Assembly (NCBI RefSeq): GCF_036365525.1 | Contig: NC_090412.1 | Location: forward strand, 11,822,123-11,886,122 | DNA from: Heterodontus francisci | Lineage: Eukaryota | Length of the DNA stretch: 64,000 nt | Direction of reading: 5' to 3' | In this document: piece by piece, positions 43,212 through 56,460 of the stretch | Position numbering within the stretch: position 1 is the first letter of the stretch | Layout: each line of letters opens with the position of its first letter | Position numbers and translations under genes: made by a program | Notes under the pieces: model-generated | What the model was told of the DNA's origin: nothing | Seen by the model: the letters and a program-made list of their open reading frames with translations, nothing else | Databases searched by the model: none

Positions 43212-43318
43212 ATGGACATACTTTGGAACATTTACTGTCTTCTTCTGCTCTGTTCTGCTAAACGAACAGTTGCATCTTGTGTGCCGGAGTGTTCTTGCAG
43301 AAATGATAGCTTTGGAAG
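43212..43318 (+). CDS. LRIT2: LRIT2 copy 3, exon 1
   Basis: Same sequence as 16696-16802 at offset +26516. Confidence 0.85.
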
Positions 43319-43422
43319 GTGAGAATCAGGTTTTCACTGTTGTTTGAGTTACCATTTCGTGAAATTTGTAGGTGTATATTTGAAAATGAGGATCGTTTGC
43401 AAATGTGTGTTTTGTTTTACAG

Positions 43423-44204
43423 AAGTTTGCTCTGCATATCTTCCTCTTTGCGAAGAATACCAGTGAATATTCCACCCGATATCAAAAAAATCAGAATAGA
43501 AAATTCTCGTCTGGCAGAATTACCTCGTGGTGCGTTCTCCGTAACCCGTGCCTTGGAATACCTGTGGCTGAATTTTAATGATATTACACTCATGCATGCG
43601 AAGAGTCTGCAAGATATGACCAATCTATCCGAGTTGCGAATGCAAGGGAACAAATTGCGTTCAGTACCATGGACAGCTTTCCAGGATTGTCCCGCTTTGA
43701 AAATTTTGGATTTGAAGCACAATCGACTGGATGTTCTTCCAGAACATGCTCTGAGGTATCTCACCAACTTGACCTACTTGGACATATCCTTCAACCAGCT
43801 GACAGTGATTTCTCCAGATGTGTTCCTAAACTGGCCGGTCTATCAGAGAACACAGCAGGTTGAGGGTCAAGAGAAAAGTACCTCCAACGCAGTACTAGCT
43901 CTCCATAATAATCCATGGTTCTGTGACTGCCGTCTTAAAGGTTTTGTACATTTCGTCAAATCCATCAGTCCCCCTATTATTCTGATGAATTCTTACCTAT
44001 CCTGTTCAGGCCCAGATTCCAGGGCAGGGAAATTTTTCTACGAAGTGGAACTAAAAAGTTGCTTTAAACCGTTAGCAACGTCTGAGAACGCGAATGTTAG
44101 TGTTCCACTTAGAGAGAAAGTACATCTTTCCTGTGAAGCCAAAGGAAATCCTACCCCTACAGTGTGGTGGACAAATGGTGTGAAGATCATTCGGAGATTT
44201 AATG
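43423..44204 (+). CDS. LRIT2: LRIT2 copy 3, exon 2
   Basis: ORF translation identical to copy 1 at offset +26516; splice sites intact. Confidence 0.9.
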
Positions 44205-46126
44205 GTATGTTCCTATTGTCACTATCTGAAAGTTAGCCTTTTTTTTTTACCTTCTTACAATAGCATTTAAAACCGCATTCTGGAAAACGAAAGCCACAAA
44301 GTTTACCACCTTTTTATGAGATGGCTTTTGAGTCTAACAAAAGTTTAATTTATAGACCACCAAATGATACATCACGTGATTTATAAAGGAATTACATTAT
44401 GAGTACTTACAAAATCTTGCACATAGTCTGACTTTCCATAAATGTCACGTTTACTTTATTTAGAGATACAGCACTGAAACAGGCCCTTCGGCCCACCGAG
44501 TCTGTGCCGACCAACAACCACCCATTTATACTAACCCTACAGTAATCCCATATTCCCTATCACCTACCTACGCTAGGGACAATTTACAATGGCCAATTTA
44601 CCTATCACCTGCAAGTCTTTGGCTGTGGAAGGAAACTGGAGCACCCGGGGAAAACCCACGCAGACACAGGGAGAACTTGCAAACTCCACACAAGCAGTAC
44701 CCAGAATCAAACCTGGGTCCCTGGAGCTGTGAGGCTGCGGTGCTAACCACTGCGTCACTGTGCCGCCCTCAAGTTATCACTTGCTGCACACTTAGTACCA
44801 TTTTGTTGATAACCCCCTTATTATAAAGTAGTAGACCCTCTAAATCACCATGAGGAAAACCCTGAGATCTGTTAGTGTATGTGTATATATTTCGTATAAG
44901 ACATCAATGCAAACTGTCATTTCTGGGTTGGTTGTGGGCTAAATGATAAAGATTGATTGCTATGATTAATTGACAACTCTATTAGCAGTATATCATGCGA
45001 CAGTAGAAGGGAACTAGATGGGTCTTGGACTTTTTTCATCCTGCAAGTCCTAGTTTCCTAAACCATAACTTGATTCCTCAGAGTATGCAGATTAATTTTA
45101 TTAATTAATATTCAGTAATTTTGCTGCTCTGATATCAGACCCCATTGTACTTCTGCACCCATGACATCACAAACCAATAACGTTCTAACCAGTTTAGTTG
45201 TCTACAGCAACATAGTATTTCATGAAGGAAATTAAGGAAAGTATAATTTGCTTGCATCAAATGCGGAGGGATGGATTATGAACATTTTTGATGTTCTTTA
45301 ACTGGTCTGGAGTCAATTTGCCATTATATCAGTGAAACTCATTCCTTTATGCTTGGGATAAATTGGGTAGCACTTTTCTGACCATTGTACTACCACTTCT
45401 GTCTCAATGCAAAGTGATCTCAGGTGTACAACACAGCAATTTCACCATATAACTTGCAAGTCAGAATTCCTTCGAATTTCTAAACACAGTTAAGGTGAGT
45501 TGTGAGATCAGCTGTAGTATTTAGTCATATCTCATTTGGGGTTCCAACCTGATGTTGTATAACTACAACCCAGGTCATCGTCAGAATTTTAAAAGTATCC
45601 AAGTCATCGATTGGAGCGCTTGGGCCATTAATAATATCAACAAGTTCAGAGAGAGCCCAGATTCCAACCTTACTCCCTCATAACATTAGAAATTGGATGT
45701 CAGGACGGTCAATCTATGACGTCAACCATATCTAAAGACCCCTATTTGCTGCACTCAATGCACCCTGCAGTAATAAGTAATGTTACAGATTCAAAAAGGT
45801 TGAAAAAAGAAATACTTGCATTTAGAGAGTGCTTTTCATGAACACAAGCTATCCCAAAGCACTTTACAGCCAATTTAGAACTTTTGAGTTGAGTAAAACT
45901 TTTTTTTAAAAGAAGAGTGCAAGGATGTTGAATTGCAGGAAAAGACATGCAATTCCCATCTCACTCTGTTAAGTTTCTGTACCTGAAGTAATTTGACTCA
46001 ATGTTTTTCCTTTGTGCTTATGGTGGGAGCTTAGACAATATTATATACATTTTATATAAAACTGTGAATAGTTTGCATTAATAATGGAAATTATGTAAAT
46101 AAAACAAATCTTTATATTAATTATAG

Positions 46127-46932
46127 TGTCTGTCACAAATATTGATGAAGAAACAGTGAAGTCAGTGCTGGTGATTCCATCAGCCCACAGTACAGATGAA
46201 GGAAGTTACATTTGCATTACTACTAACTATCTTGGAAACTCATCTGTGCGGATTCTGGTGACAATTTTAACTTCAGAAACTTTACCTACCCCATCATCCT
46301 TGTCCCCTTCATCCTTGGAGGAGGAGAATGTTTATATAGATGTTAGGATTGCAAAGCAGACAGTATATGGCATAACCCTGGAGTGGTACACAGCAACACG
46401 GAACCCTGCTGAAACCTGGTACACCCTGCACTTCGGGAAATTTGAAGATGCTAAAAAGGAAATGATTTACATCGGACCAGGGGTAAATACTTATGCAATT
46501 AATGATCTGTTTCCAGCAACAAAGTACAAGGTGTGCGTGACACTGAGGAACCAGCCTCCGAAGAGAAGTCAATGCATTATATTTGTTACAGGTAGTGATA
46601 TCAGTGAAATGGAGCAAAGAGAGAAGCTCATTCACATTATAGTCATTGTGTGCGCCATGGTTTTGGCAGTCCCAGCAGGAATGTACGCTTGTACGACAGA
46701 GACCCGTTTCAGCTGCTTTGATAGATGTGGCAAGTTTTGTCGAAGACAAAGACGAGGAGAAAAAACGCTGAAGACTGGAGCACGGGATGTCACCTTTGAC
46801 AGTTTGCAGACAGGCAGCGATGCTGAACTCTGTAACAGAGACTCCAAGGAAGACAGGAGGCGACGTAAAAAATCAGATGACAAAACCCATAAGACCAAAA
46901 CCGAGCACAAGAATAGTGATGAATTGTATTAG
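46127..46932 (+). CDS. LRIT2: LRIT2 copy 3, exon 3
   Basis: ORF translation identical to copy 1 at offset +26516. Confidence 0.9.
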
Positions 46933-49900
46933 ACAAAACTAGCATTAGCTTGTTTTCGTCAAAACCTACTTAAGGCACCAGTGAATATTTTATAATTAGG
47001 GCTGGATGCCCTGACTATATTACACATCTGTTGACAATATGGCACAGTTATTGTGGTCTGTGTTAAAACATGACTATCTGTTATTGCCATTTATAGACAC
47101 ACTTCTGGCATCGAGATTAAATAGCCATTAACAAACAGAGTAAAAATCTTATATATGCTAGCTGATCTCCTGTAGTATTTTACATGGGGAATTAAAAGCA
47201 AGTGTTGTCTTCAGGTGAAGTGGGGTTAGAGGGCAGGATACAATTTGACCAGGGTACACTGGTCCACATTTTATGTCCCACTTTATGTAATATTTTGATT
47301 TAATATTTATAACTAAAAACACATGACAAGTTGGGAGGCAGAGAAATAGTTAGTTGGAGGCTGATGTTCTCTACAGTATAAGCTGGGAGACATAGAACTA
47401 ATGGGCTACAGTGCCATCACTGGTCGGAGGATTTAATTATAATGTGATAGGTTTACATAGACAGTTTCAATTATGTGTCGGCATAGAAATTCATAATGGA
47501 ATAAATGCAGGTGTAGGATTTTTGATATTATTTCTTCTGTGTATTATATGTTACTTATATCATATCAAAGGATTAACTTTCTCACAATTTTACTTTGCCA
47601 CAAAGGCATTTGGTCAAATGCAACTAAAATAAATTTAATTCAAAGCACAAGTTCTTACCTAAACTAGTCAATGAAAAACATTCAGGAAGATGAGGATGTG
47701 CTGAATGTTGTACAGCTGTTCAGGAATATCCTGTAAAATAACTATTAAAAAGAGGTTAACATAACTTGTAAACTAACAAAAGTACTAATAAAGATAGCCA
47801 GCACTTGAAAAACATTTTTAAAATTACTCATTATCACCTGAATAGGATTGTTTGCATCAACCCAATTTTTGAATAGGTAAACTAATCCTAGGGATAAAAT
47901 CAACCTTCGGTATAGATCCAGTCAAAGGAAGAGATGTTCCAAGCCAGCAAAAGCATAAGATAGCAGCGAAAGAAACTATGAAGAGTCAGAGGTGGAGCGG
48001 GGAGTTTACTCATAAGTACAGCATAGCAAAAGACAGAAAAGTGATTGATATGAATCACTGGTCACTCAAAGACCAATAATAGAAGGAAGTCAAGATGGTT
48101 TGTTAAGAAAATAAAAATGATGAGATTGGTGAACCCATGTTCATGAATCTTAGGTCAAAAAAGCAAGGCAATTGAACATGTCACCCTTTCAAGAAGCTGG
48201 TTAGCTTGGGGGAAAATCCTATCAGCATTGAGCTAATCAAGTTTTACGAATTTGTGTTTACCATAGTTCAAAAGGACAAGTATGAAGTACTAATATGTGT
48301 AAAGGTCAGGTTATGAAGATGTGATTGAGATGGAAAATTGTCTGTTCACTTTAGGTCAAGTTGGAAAAAATGTGAAGAAATATATAGGAAAAAGTAGATG
48401 AAAGCCAACATTTTAACCAAATATAAATGAGTTACGCACAGTATCAGATTTAATTGGTTGAAAATAATGAAAGGAAAGTATGGATTATAGACTGTTTCAC
48501 AAGGTATGAAGCACTGAAGTGTCAAGAGATTGTTATTGCACAATTTCATTCTATGAATAGCTTGCATGAAATTGGCTTAGTGCACATTATAAATTAAGAA
48601 CACAGCATCAGTGGAATTTATTGTGAAAAAACTATAGAGATAGTGTAATGGAAGAATATATTTAATCATTTTCTGTGACCATTCAAAGAAGTAACACATA
48701 CACAGTTTGAAATGGATCCAACATATGTATCAATTTATACTTGATCTACTTCTACTCCTAAATATTCTAAAACTTTTTTAAAAATCGACAAGATACACAA
48801 TGGTGCTGAGTAACTCACCTAATCAGCTATTGTCCATCCGAAGTTTAAATCAATCCTTATATTTTTTTATCTAGAAATATTAAGGAAGCATAGAAATAGT
48901 TTTAAGGAAGATTATTTAATATTTGACTCTTCATTCGCTGAGAAAATTGCTATTTTTTATCAGTCTGCTCAATTTTTGTAGTGTAATCAACTCAATGAAA
49001 TTACATAGTTAATTAGAATTTTACAGCACAGAAACAGGCCATTCAGCCCAGCGAGTCTATGCCATTGTTTATGCTCCAAATGCACCTCATAGAGTCATAG
49101 TCATAGAGAGATACAGCACTGAAATAAGCCCTTCGGCCCACCGAGTCTGTGCTAACCACCAACCACCCATTTGTATTAATCCCATATTTCCCTACCACAT
49201 CCCCTCAATTCTCCTTGCACCTACCTACACGAGGGGCAATTTACAATGGCCAATTTACCTATCAACCTGCAAGTCTTTGGCTGTGGGAGGAAACCCTGCG
49301 GAAACCCACGCGGTCACAGGGAGAACGTGCAAACTCCGCACAGGCAGTACCCAGAACCGAACCCGGGTCACTGGAGCTGTGATGCTAACCACTGCGCCAC
49401 TGTGCTGCCCCATTTTATTTCATTTAACCCTAGCAACACATCATAGAATCATAGAAATCACTTACATGGCATATGAAAATTGTTTTCGACCAAGCATAGC
49501 TGACCTTTGTGCCCAACTGAGGGAGTGGTGGACAGAGGGAAAAAACTACAGAGAAAGAATAATAAGTGCTGAAACACCATATGGAATATCCATTAGAAAT
49601 AGCCAGATTCATCCCAGAAGGCTTAAGAGTCTAATTGCCCATTTGATAGTACCTTCCCAGTTGGGAGAAGAGGATAACCAGAGGCTGGCAGCAGCTCAGT
49701 GTTGCCCTTTCAGTAGCTGGATCATAAGTTCACTGCCAGCAGTAACAGCCTTTCCAAAAGAAAATCCACAGTCATTCAGATTTTCTTAGCTTCTAAAATT
49801 GCAGTCATTTTGTTAGCCATTCTAAAACTGCACTGAACACTCATATAAAAGAATAATTTAAACATCTAATCATTTGAATTAATAAAATGAAATGAATTGC

Positions 49901-50511
49901 ATATCTAAAGATGGAAGAAAGCTCTCCTAATGGCTCAGTGAGCTTATCGAATATTTAGCTAAACACAGCAGAAAGGTCTTACACTGAATCGAGTGTTGAG
50001 GTAGCTAATCCCATTACAACTTCTTTCAGCACTGTTGTGTTGGGGGAGAATTGGCCACAGTTCCTCCTCCTGATCAGAATCCACAAAGTTCTGATCTAAG
50101 TGTTTGTGCTTGAACTTCAAATTTCATGGTGGGTCTTGGTTGTGATGCCTGCGACAGTGGAAGAGCTGAGCTGAACTCTCAAGGCTTTACAGGTAACAGC
50201 TAAGTACAATGGGTTAGGTACAAGATGGCCTGTGGAACTACACTCCAGTGACAAATCAACTCCTTCAGGAGATAAGGGAGGCGAATGACGAGCATGCACA
50301 AAAAATTATTGCATACATAAATACACAAATAAATACTTAACAAGAAAGTGGAAGAGAAAGAAGTCAAAGTGTGAATGAAACTAAATTTAAATCACTGATG
50401 GAGCCCCATGATATTAAAGCAAAATACTGCGGATGCTGGAAATCTGAAACAAAAACAAGAAATGCTGGAGTCACTCAGCAGGTCTGGCAGCATCTGTGGA
50501 AAGAGAAGCAG

Positions 50512-50548
50512 AGTTAACGTTTCGGGTCAGTGACCCTTCTTCGGAACT
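50512..50548 (-). ncRNA. Minimal hammerhead-like motif, opposite-strand copy (also at 23996-24032 and 37254-37290)
   Basis: Reverse complement of 51027-51063. Confidence 0.5.
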
Positions 50549-51026
50549 GACAAATATTAGAAAAGTCACAGATTATAAACAAGTGAGGTGGGGGTGGGGC
50601 GAGATAACAAAGGAGAAGGTGCAGATTGGACCAGGCCACATAGCTGACCAAAAGGTCACGGAGCAAAGGCAAACAATATGTTAATGGTGTGTTGAAAGAC
50701 AAAGCATTAGTACAGATTAGGTGTGAATACACTGAATATTGAACAGCAGCAAGTGCAAACCTGAAGAAAAACAACCTGAAAACCCACTGTTTTTTTCAGG
50801 TTGTTTTTCTTCAGGTTTGCACTTGCTGCTGTTCAATATTCAGTGTATTCACACCTAATCTGTACTAATGCTTTGTCTTTCAACACACCATTAACATATT
50901 GTTTGCCTTTGCTCCGTGACCTTTTGGTCAGTTATGTGGCCTGGTCCAATCTGCACCTTCTCCTTTGTTATCTCGCCCCACCCCCACCTCACTTGTTTAT
51001 AATCTGTGACTTTTCTAATATTTGTC

Positions 51027-51063
51027 AGTTCCGAAGAAGGGTCACTGACCCGAAACGTTAACT
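51027..51063 (+). ncRNA. Minimal type I hammerhead-ribozyme-like motif (variant core)
   Basis: agtt-CCGAAGA-a-gggtc(act)gaccc-GAAAC-GTT-aact. Stem I agtt/aact, core CCGAAGA (U4>C relative to CUGANGA), hairpin stem II, GAAA, and a loop-less palindromic stem III as described for Penelope-associated hammerheads. Confidence 0.55.
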
Positions 51064-52289
51064 CTGCTTCTCTTTCCACAGATGCTGCCAGACCTGCTGA
51101 GTGACTCCAGCATTTCTTGTTTTTGCCCCATGATATTAAATTGAGAATACTGGCTCATAAAAAGAATTTCAAGGATAATGTGTTTGTGAATCTTGGTTGA
51201 ATTTAAAGATATATGGTTTCACCAGGATAAATGACAATACTTTCCTTCAGAGAAATTTGACGTAAAATTGATGCTTAAAATATCAATAGTTTTGATGTGA
51301 TATTAGATTTTTATAAAATGTTGTAGACAGTATAAATGCGGCCTGACTAAAATCAATTTGCATCAAAGGGAAGATGATGGTTTTATGTAAGAGCATATTG
51401 AAATAGAAGAACATAGAAGCTGCTTACACAGTCTCGTCTCATCTCACTGATCCAACATCAACTAAAATATAGGTTACATCCGGATTAAAGTTCTGTGTAG
51501 TGTGCTTCAGGCATTTGTTCTAGGTTGCATCCTAAGGATACAGTGACTGAAGCATTTTAATACAGCATAAGCCAGTAAACAGGCAGCCTGGTCTATTAGT
51601 TGTAACATTTAGTTGAATGCAAGGTTTGCTCAATTGCACTGGTAGGTTTATAATAAGTTTTTATATAAGTTGTTATATCTTGTGTAAACAGTGTAGACTG
51701 CACTAGGTCTGATCCATTACAGATTAAAAGATGCATGTACTTCTAAGCAAATGAAGCATACCTGCTGATTGTTTTGTGTAATCTTTTGTGATTACCTTAT
51801 AGATCCACTCATACAGAAATAAGAGTTTCATATTCTACTCATCATCTAAGAATTCTGCTGTTGGGGTATGGATTAGTTCTTGGGTATCTGAATACTGACT
51901 GACTAGTTGCAATTTTTTGTTTCTGTCTGTAAGATCTAAATTCTCACTTACAGACGACCTAATGTTGTATCTTAGTCATTATCCTGCTGCATGGCAAAAT
52001 CAGTTGTAAAAATCTTGCATGCAGCCAGAAGACAGATATGCAAAAGTTAAATTACTTCCACCATGATGCCACACAATAGTCACTCCCAGTGATATCAAAT
52101 TTGTTACTGTTTAACAGCATTCAAACATTAATATTGCATTAAAATGATGGAAAGTACCCGAATAAATATCACATTTTTGTTCTGCTTCACTTGCACCAAT
52201 GTAAGTTTTCAAGCCAGTTCTTTATTTGGTATTCAGACAATTTAGCACTATTACACAGGGATGCACAATTAACAATCACCTACATTTAT

Positions 52290-52500
52290 ACAACAACAAC
52301 AGCAACTTGCACTTACATACTGCCTTTAATGTAGTAAGATGTTCCAAGGTGCTTCACAGGAGCATTATCAAACAAACTTTGACACTGAGACACAGAGACG
52401 ATATTAGGGCAGATGACCAAAAGTTTGGTCAAGGAGGTAGGTCTTAGGAGGCATCTTAAAGGAAGACAGAAAGGTTTAGGGAGCGAATTTCAGAACTTAA
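52290..52500 (-). mobile_element. L2-type LINE 3' fragment
   Basis: (aac)n tail followed by aacttgcacttacatactgcctttaat...ccaaggtgcttcacagg, typical of an L2 3' end read on the opposite strand. Confidence 0.5.
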
Positions 52501-52829
52501 GGCTATTATATGCAAAAATGTTCTATGGTGCAATGCAAAATTGAGATGAAATCAGTCAGGGCCTCAATGAAATTACAGTGCTATTCTTCCCAATTACTAC
52601 TTCAGCTTTTTGCAATTATTAGGCAAGCCCTTACAGTCACATTAACTACAATGAGCAGATGTGTAAAAAAAAAAGTGATAAACAAATAGATTTGGAACAT
52701 GAGCAGACCTTCTGCTGAAGTAGATGGAGTTAATCTTCAGGATCTTAAATGGAAGTTAATCTGCTCCTTTCAGTCTGTTGAAATCAGCCCAGATTAATGG
52801 AATAAAAGCGTTTTCTGCCTGTTGCCTGG

Positions 52830-55800
52830 AAAGAACAAAAGAACAAAGAACAGTACAGCACAGGAACAGGCCATTCGGCCCTCCAAGCCTGCACCGATCT
52901 TGATGCCTGCCTAAGCTAAAACCTTCTGCACTTCTGGGGACCATATCCCTCTATTCCCATCCTATTCATGTATTTGTCAAGATGCCTCTTAAACGTCATT
53001 ATCATACCTGCTTCCACCACCGCCCGCAGCAGCAGGTTCCAGGCACTCACCACCCTCTGTGTAAAGAACTTGCCTCGCACATCCCCTCTAAACTTTGCCC
53101 CTCTCACCTTAAACCTATGTCCCCTAGTAACTGACTCTTCCACCCTGGGAAAAAGCTTCTGACTATCCACTCTGTCCATGCCGCTCATAACTTTGTAAAC
53201 CTCTATCCTGTCGCCCCTCCACCTCCGTCGTTCCAGTGAAAACAATCCGAGTTTATCCAACCTCTCCTCATAGCTAATGCCCTCCAGACTAGACAACATC
53301 CTGGTAAACCTCTTCTGTACCCTCTCCAAAGCCTCCACGTCCTTCTGGTACTGTGGCGACCAGAATTGCATGCAATATTCTAAGTGTGGCCTAACTAAAG
53401 TTCTGTACAGCTGCAGCATGACTTGCCAATTTTTATACTCTATGCCCCGACCGATGAAGGCAAGCATGCCGTATGCCTTCTTGACTACCTTATCCACCTG
53501 CGTTGCCACTTTCAGTGACCTGTGGACCTGTACGCCCAGATCTCTCTGCCTGTCAATACTCCTAAGGGTTCTGCCATTTACTGTATACTTCCCACCTGCA
53601 TTAGATCTTCCAAAATGCATTACCTCACATTTGTCCGGATTAAACTCCATCTGCCATTTCTCCGCCCAAGTCTCCAACCGATCTATATCCTGCTGTATCC
53701 TCTGACAATCCTCATCACTATCCGCAACTCCACCAACCTTTGTGTCATCCGCAAACTTACTAATCAGACCAGCTACATTTTCCTCCAAATCATTTATATA
53801 TACTACAAAGAGCAAAGGTCCCAGCACTGATCCCTGCGGAACACCACTAGTCACATCCCTCCATTCAGAAAAGCACCCTTCCACTGCTACCCTCTGTCTT
53901 CTATGACCGAGCCACTTCTGTATCCATCTTGCCAGCTCACCTCCGATCCCGTGTGACTCCACCTTTTGTACCAGTCTGCCTTGAGGGACCTTGTCAAAGG
54001 CTTTACTGAAGTCTATATAGACAACATCCATTGCCCTTCCGTCATCAATCATCTTTGTCACTTCCTCAAAAAACTCAATCAAATTAGTGAGATACGACCT
54101 CCCCTTCACAAAACCATGCTGCCTCTCGCTAATAAGTTTGTTTGTTTCCAAATGGGAGTAAATCTTGTCCCGAAGAATCCTCTCTAATAATTTCCCTACC
54201 ACTGACGTAAGGCTCACCGGCCTATAATTTCCTGGATTATCCTTGCTACCCTTCTTAAACAAAGGAACAACATTGGCTATTCTCCAGTCCTCTGGGACCT
54301 CACCTGTAGCCAATGAGGATGCAAAGATTTTTGTCAAGGCCCCAGCAATTTCTTCCCTTGCCTCCCTTAGTATTCTGGGGTAGATCCCATCAGGCCCTGG
54401 GGACTTATCTACCTTAATGCTTTGCAAGACACCCAACACCTCCTTTTTGATAATGAGATGACTGAGACTATCTACACTCCCTTCCCTAGGCTCATCATCC
54501 ACCAACTCCTTCTCTTTGGTGAATACTGATGCAAAGTACTCATTTAGTACCTCGCCCATTTCCTCTGGCTCCACACATAGATTCCCTTTTCTGTCCTTGA
54601 TCGGGCCAACCCTTTCCCTAGTTACCCTCTTGCTCTTTATATATGTATAAAAAGCCTTGGGATTATCCTTAATCCTGTTTGCCAATGACTTTTCATGACC
54701 CCTTTTAGCCCTCCTGACTCCTTGCTTAAGTTCCTTTCTACAGTCTTTATATTCCTCAAGGGATTCGTCTGTTCCTAACCTTCCAGCCCTTACGAATGCT
54801 TCCTTTTTCTTTTTGACTAGGCCCACAATATCCCACGTTATCCAAGGTTCCCGAAACTTGCCAAACTTATCCTTCTTCCTCGCAGGAACATGCTGGTCCT
54901 GGATTCTAATCAACTGACATTTGAAAGACTCCCACATGTCAGATGTTGATTTACCCTCAAACAGCCGCCCCCAATCTAAATTCTTCAGTTCCTGCCTAAT
55001 ATTGTTATAATTAGCCTTCCCCCAATTTAGCACCTTCACCCGAGGACTACTCTTATCCTTATCTACAAGTACCTTAAAACTTATGAAATTATGGTCACTG
55101 TTCCCGAAATGCTCCCCTACTGAAACTTCGACCACCTGGCCGGGCTCATTCCCCAATCCAGGTCCAGTACGGCCCCATCCCTAGTTGGACTATCTATATA
55201 TTGTTTCAAGAAGCCCTCCTGGATGCTCCTTACAAATTCTGCCCCATCTAAGCCCCTAGCACTAAGTGAGTCCCAGTCGATATAGGGGAAGTTAAAATCA
55301 CCCACCACTCCAACCCTGTTACCTTTACATCTTTCCAAAATCTGTCTACATATCTGCTCCTCTACCTCCCGCTGGCTGTTGGGAGGCCTGTAGTAAACCC
55401 CCAACATCGTGACTGCACCCTTCCTATTCCTGAGCTCCACCCATATTGCCTCGCTGCACGACCCCTCCGAGGTGTCCTCTTGCAGTACAGCTGTGATATT
55501 CTCCTTAACCAGTAATGCAACTCCCCCACCCCTTTTACGTCCCCCTCTATCCCGCCTGAAGCTTCTAAATCCCGGAACATTTAGCTGCCAATCCTGTCCT
55601 TCCCTCAACCAAGTCTCTGTAATAGCAACAACATCATAGTTCCAAGTACTAATCCATGCTCTAAGTTCATCTGCCTTACCTGTTCTACTTCTCGCATTGA
55701 AACAAATGCACTTCAGACCACCAGTCCCGCTGTTCTCCGCAACATCTCCCTGCCTGCTCTTCCTCTTAGTCTTACTGGTCTTATTTACTAGTTCCCCCTC

Positions 55801-56460
55801 ATTTGTTTCACTTGCTGTCCTACTGCTCTGGTTCCCACCCCCCTGCCACACTAGTTTAAACCCTCCCGAGTGACGCTAGCAAACGTCGCAGCCAGGATAT
55901 TTGTGCACCTCCAGTTTAGATGCAACCCGTCCTTCTTGTACAGGTCCCATCTGTCCCTGAAGAGATCCCAATGGTCCCGATATCTGAAACCCTCCCTTCT
56001 ACACCAGCTGTTCAGCCACGTGTTTAGCTGCACTATCTTCCTATTTCTAGCCGCACTGGCACGTGGCACAGGGTGTAATCCCGAGATTACAACCCTAGAG
56101 GTCCTGTCTTTTAATTTTCTACCTAACTCCCTAAACTCCCCCCTGCAGGACCTCGTCACTCTTCCTGCCTATGTCATTGGTACCGATGTGTACCACAACG
56201 TCTGGCTGTTCACCCTCCCCCTTCAGAATGCCCCCTGTCCATTCAGAGACATCCTTGACCCTGGCACCAGGGAGGCAACATACCATCCTGGAGTCTCTTT
56301 CACATCCACAGAAGCGCCTCTCTGTGCCCCTGACTATAGAGTCCCCTATAACTATTGCTCTTCTGCGCTTTGTCCCTCCCTGCTGAACAACAGTGCCAGC
56401 CATGGTGCCATTGCTCTGGCTGCTGCTGTTTTCCCCTGATAGGCCATCCCCCCCAACAGG
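52830..56460 (-). mobile_element. Young, long CR1 LINE: SGNH-esterase part of ORF1 plus ORF2 (APE + RT) with two frameshifts
   Basis: ORF1 motifs IVIGDSIVRG, CLPGARV, VVVHIGTND, DGLHLN. ORF2 APE (ICFNARS, AITETWL, GDFNFP, SDHN) and a 746-aa RT ORF (NYRPVSLTSVVGK, DFSKAFDKV, GVPQGSVLGP, KFADD). (aaagaac)n tail at ~52830-52850. Confidence 0.95.

Larger units (their letters stand above)
11015..50790 (+). repeat. Tandem triplication of a 13,258-bp unit containing LRIT2
   Basis: Every ORF between ~11.1 and 24.3 kb recurs with identical translation at +13258 and +26516. Junction ...aaaacccact-GT-aatggtagag... at 24273 and 37531. Spot-checked homopolymer lengths also match. Confidence 0.97.
50419..51124. 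mobile_element. Penelope-like element remnant forming a palindrome (inverted pseudo-LTRs) with target-site duplication
   Basis: Arms 50450-50782 and 50793-51125 are reverse complements (333 bp, one visible mismatch) with a 10-bp spacer. Direct repeat gccccatgatattaaa flanks it at 50403-50418 and 51125-51140. The left arm has an extra ~30-bp tail, and each arm carries a hammerhead-like motif. Confidence 0.8.

Noticed and set aside
50496-51079. Mirrored 62-aa and 86-aa ORFs on both strands
   Set aside because: By-products of the palindrome; no recognisable domain.
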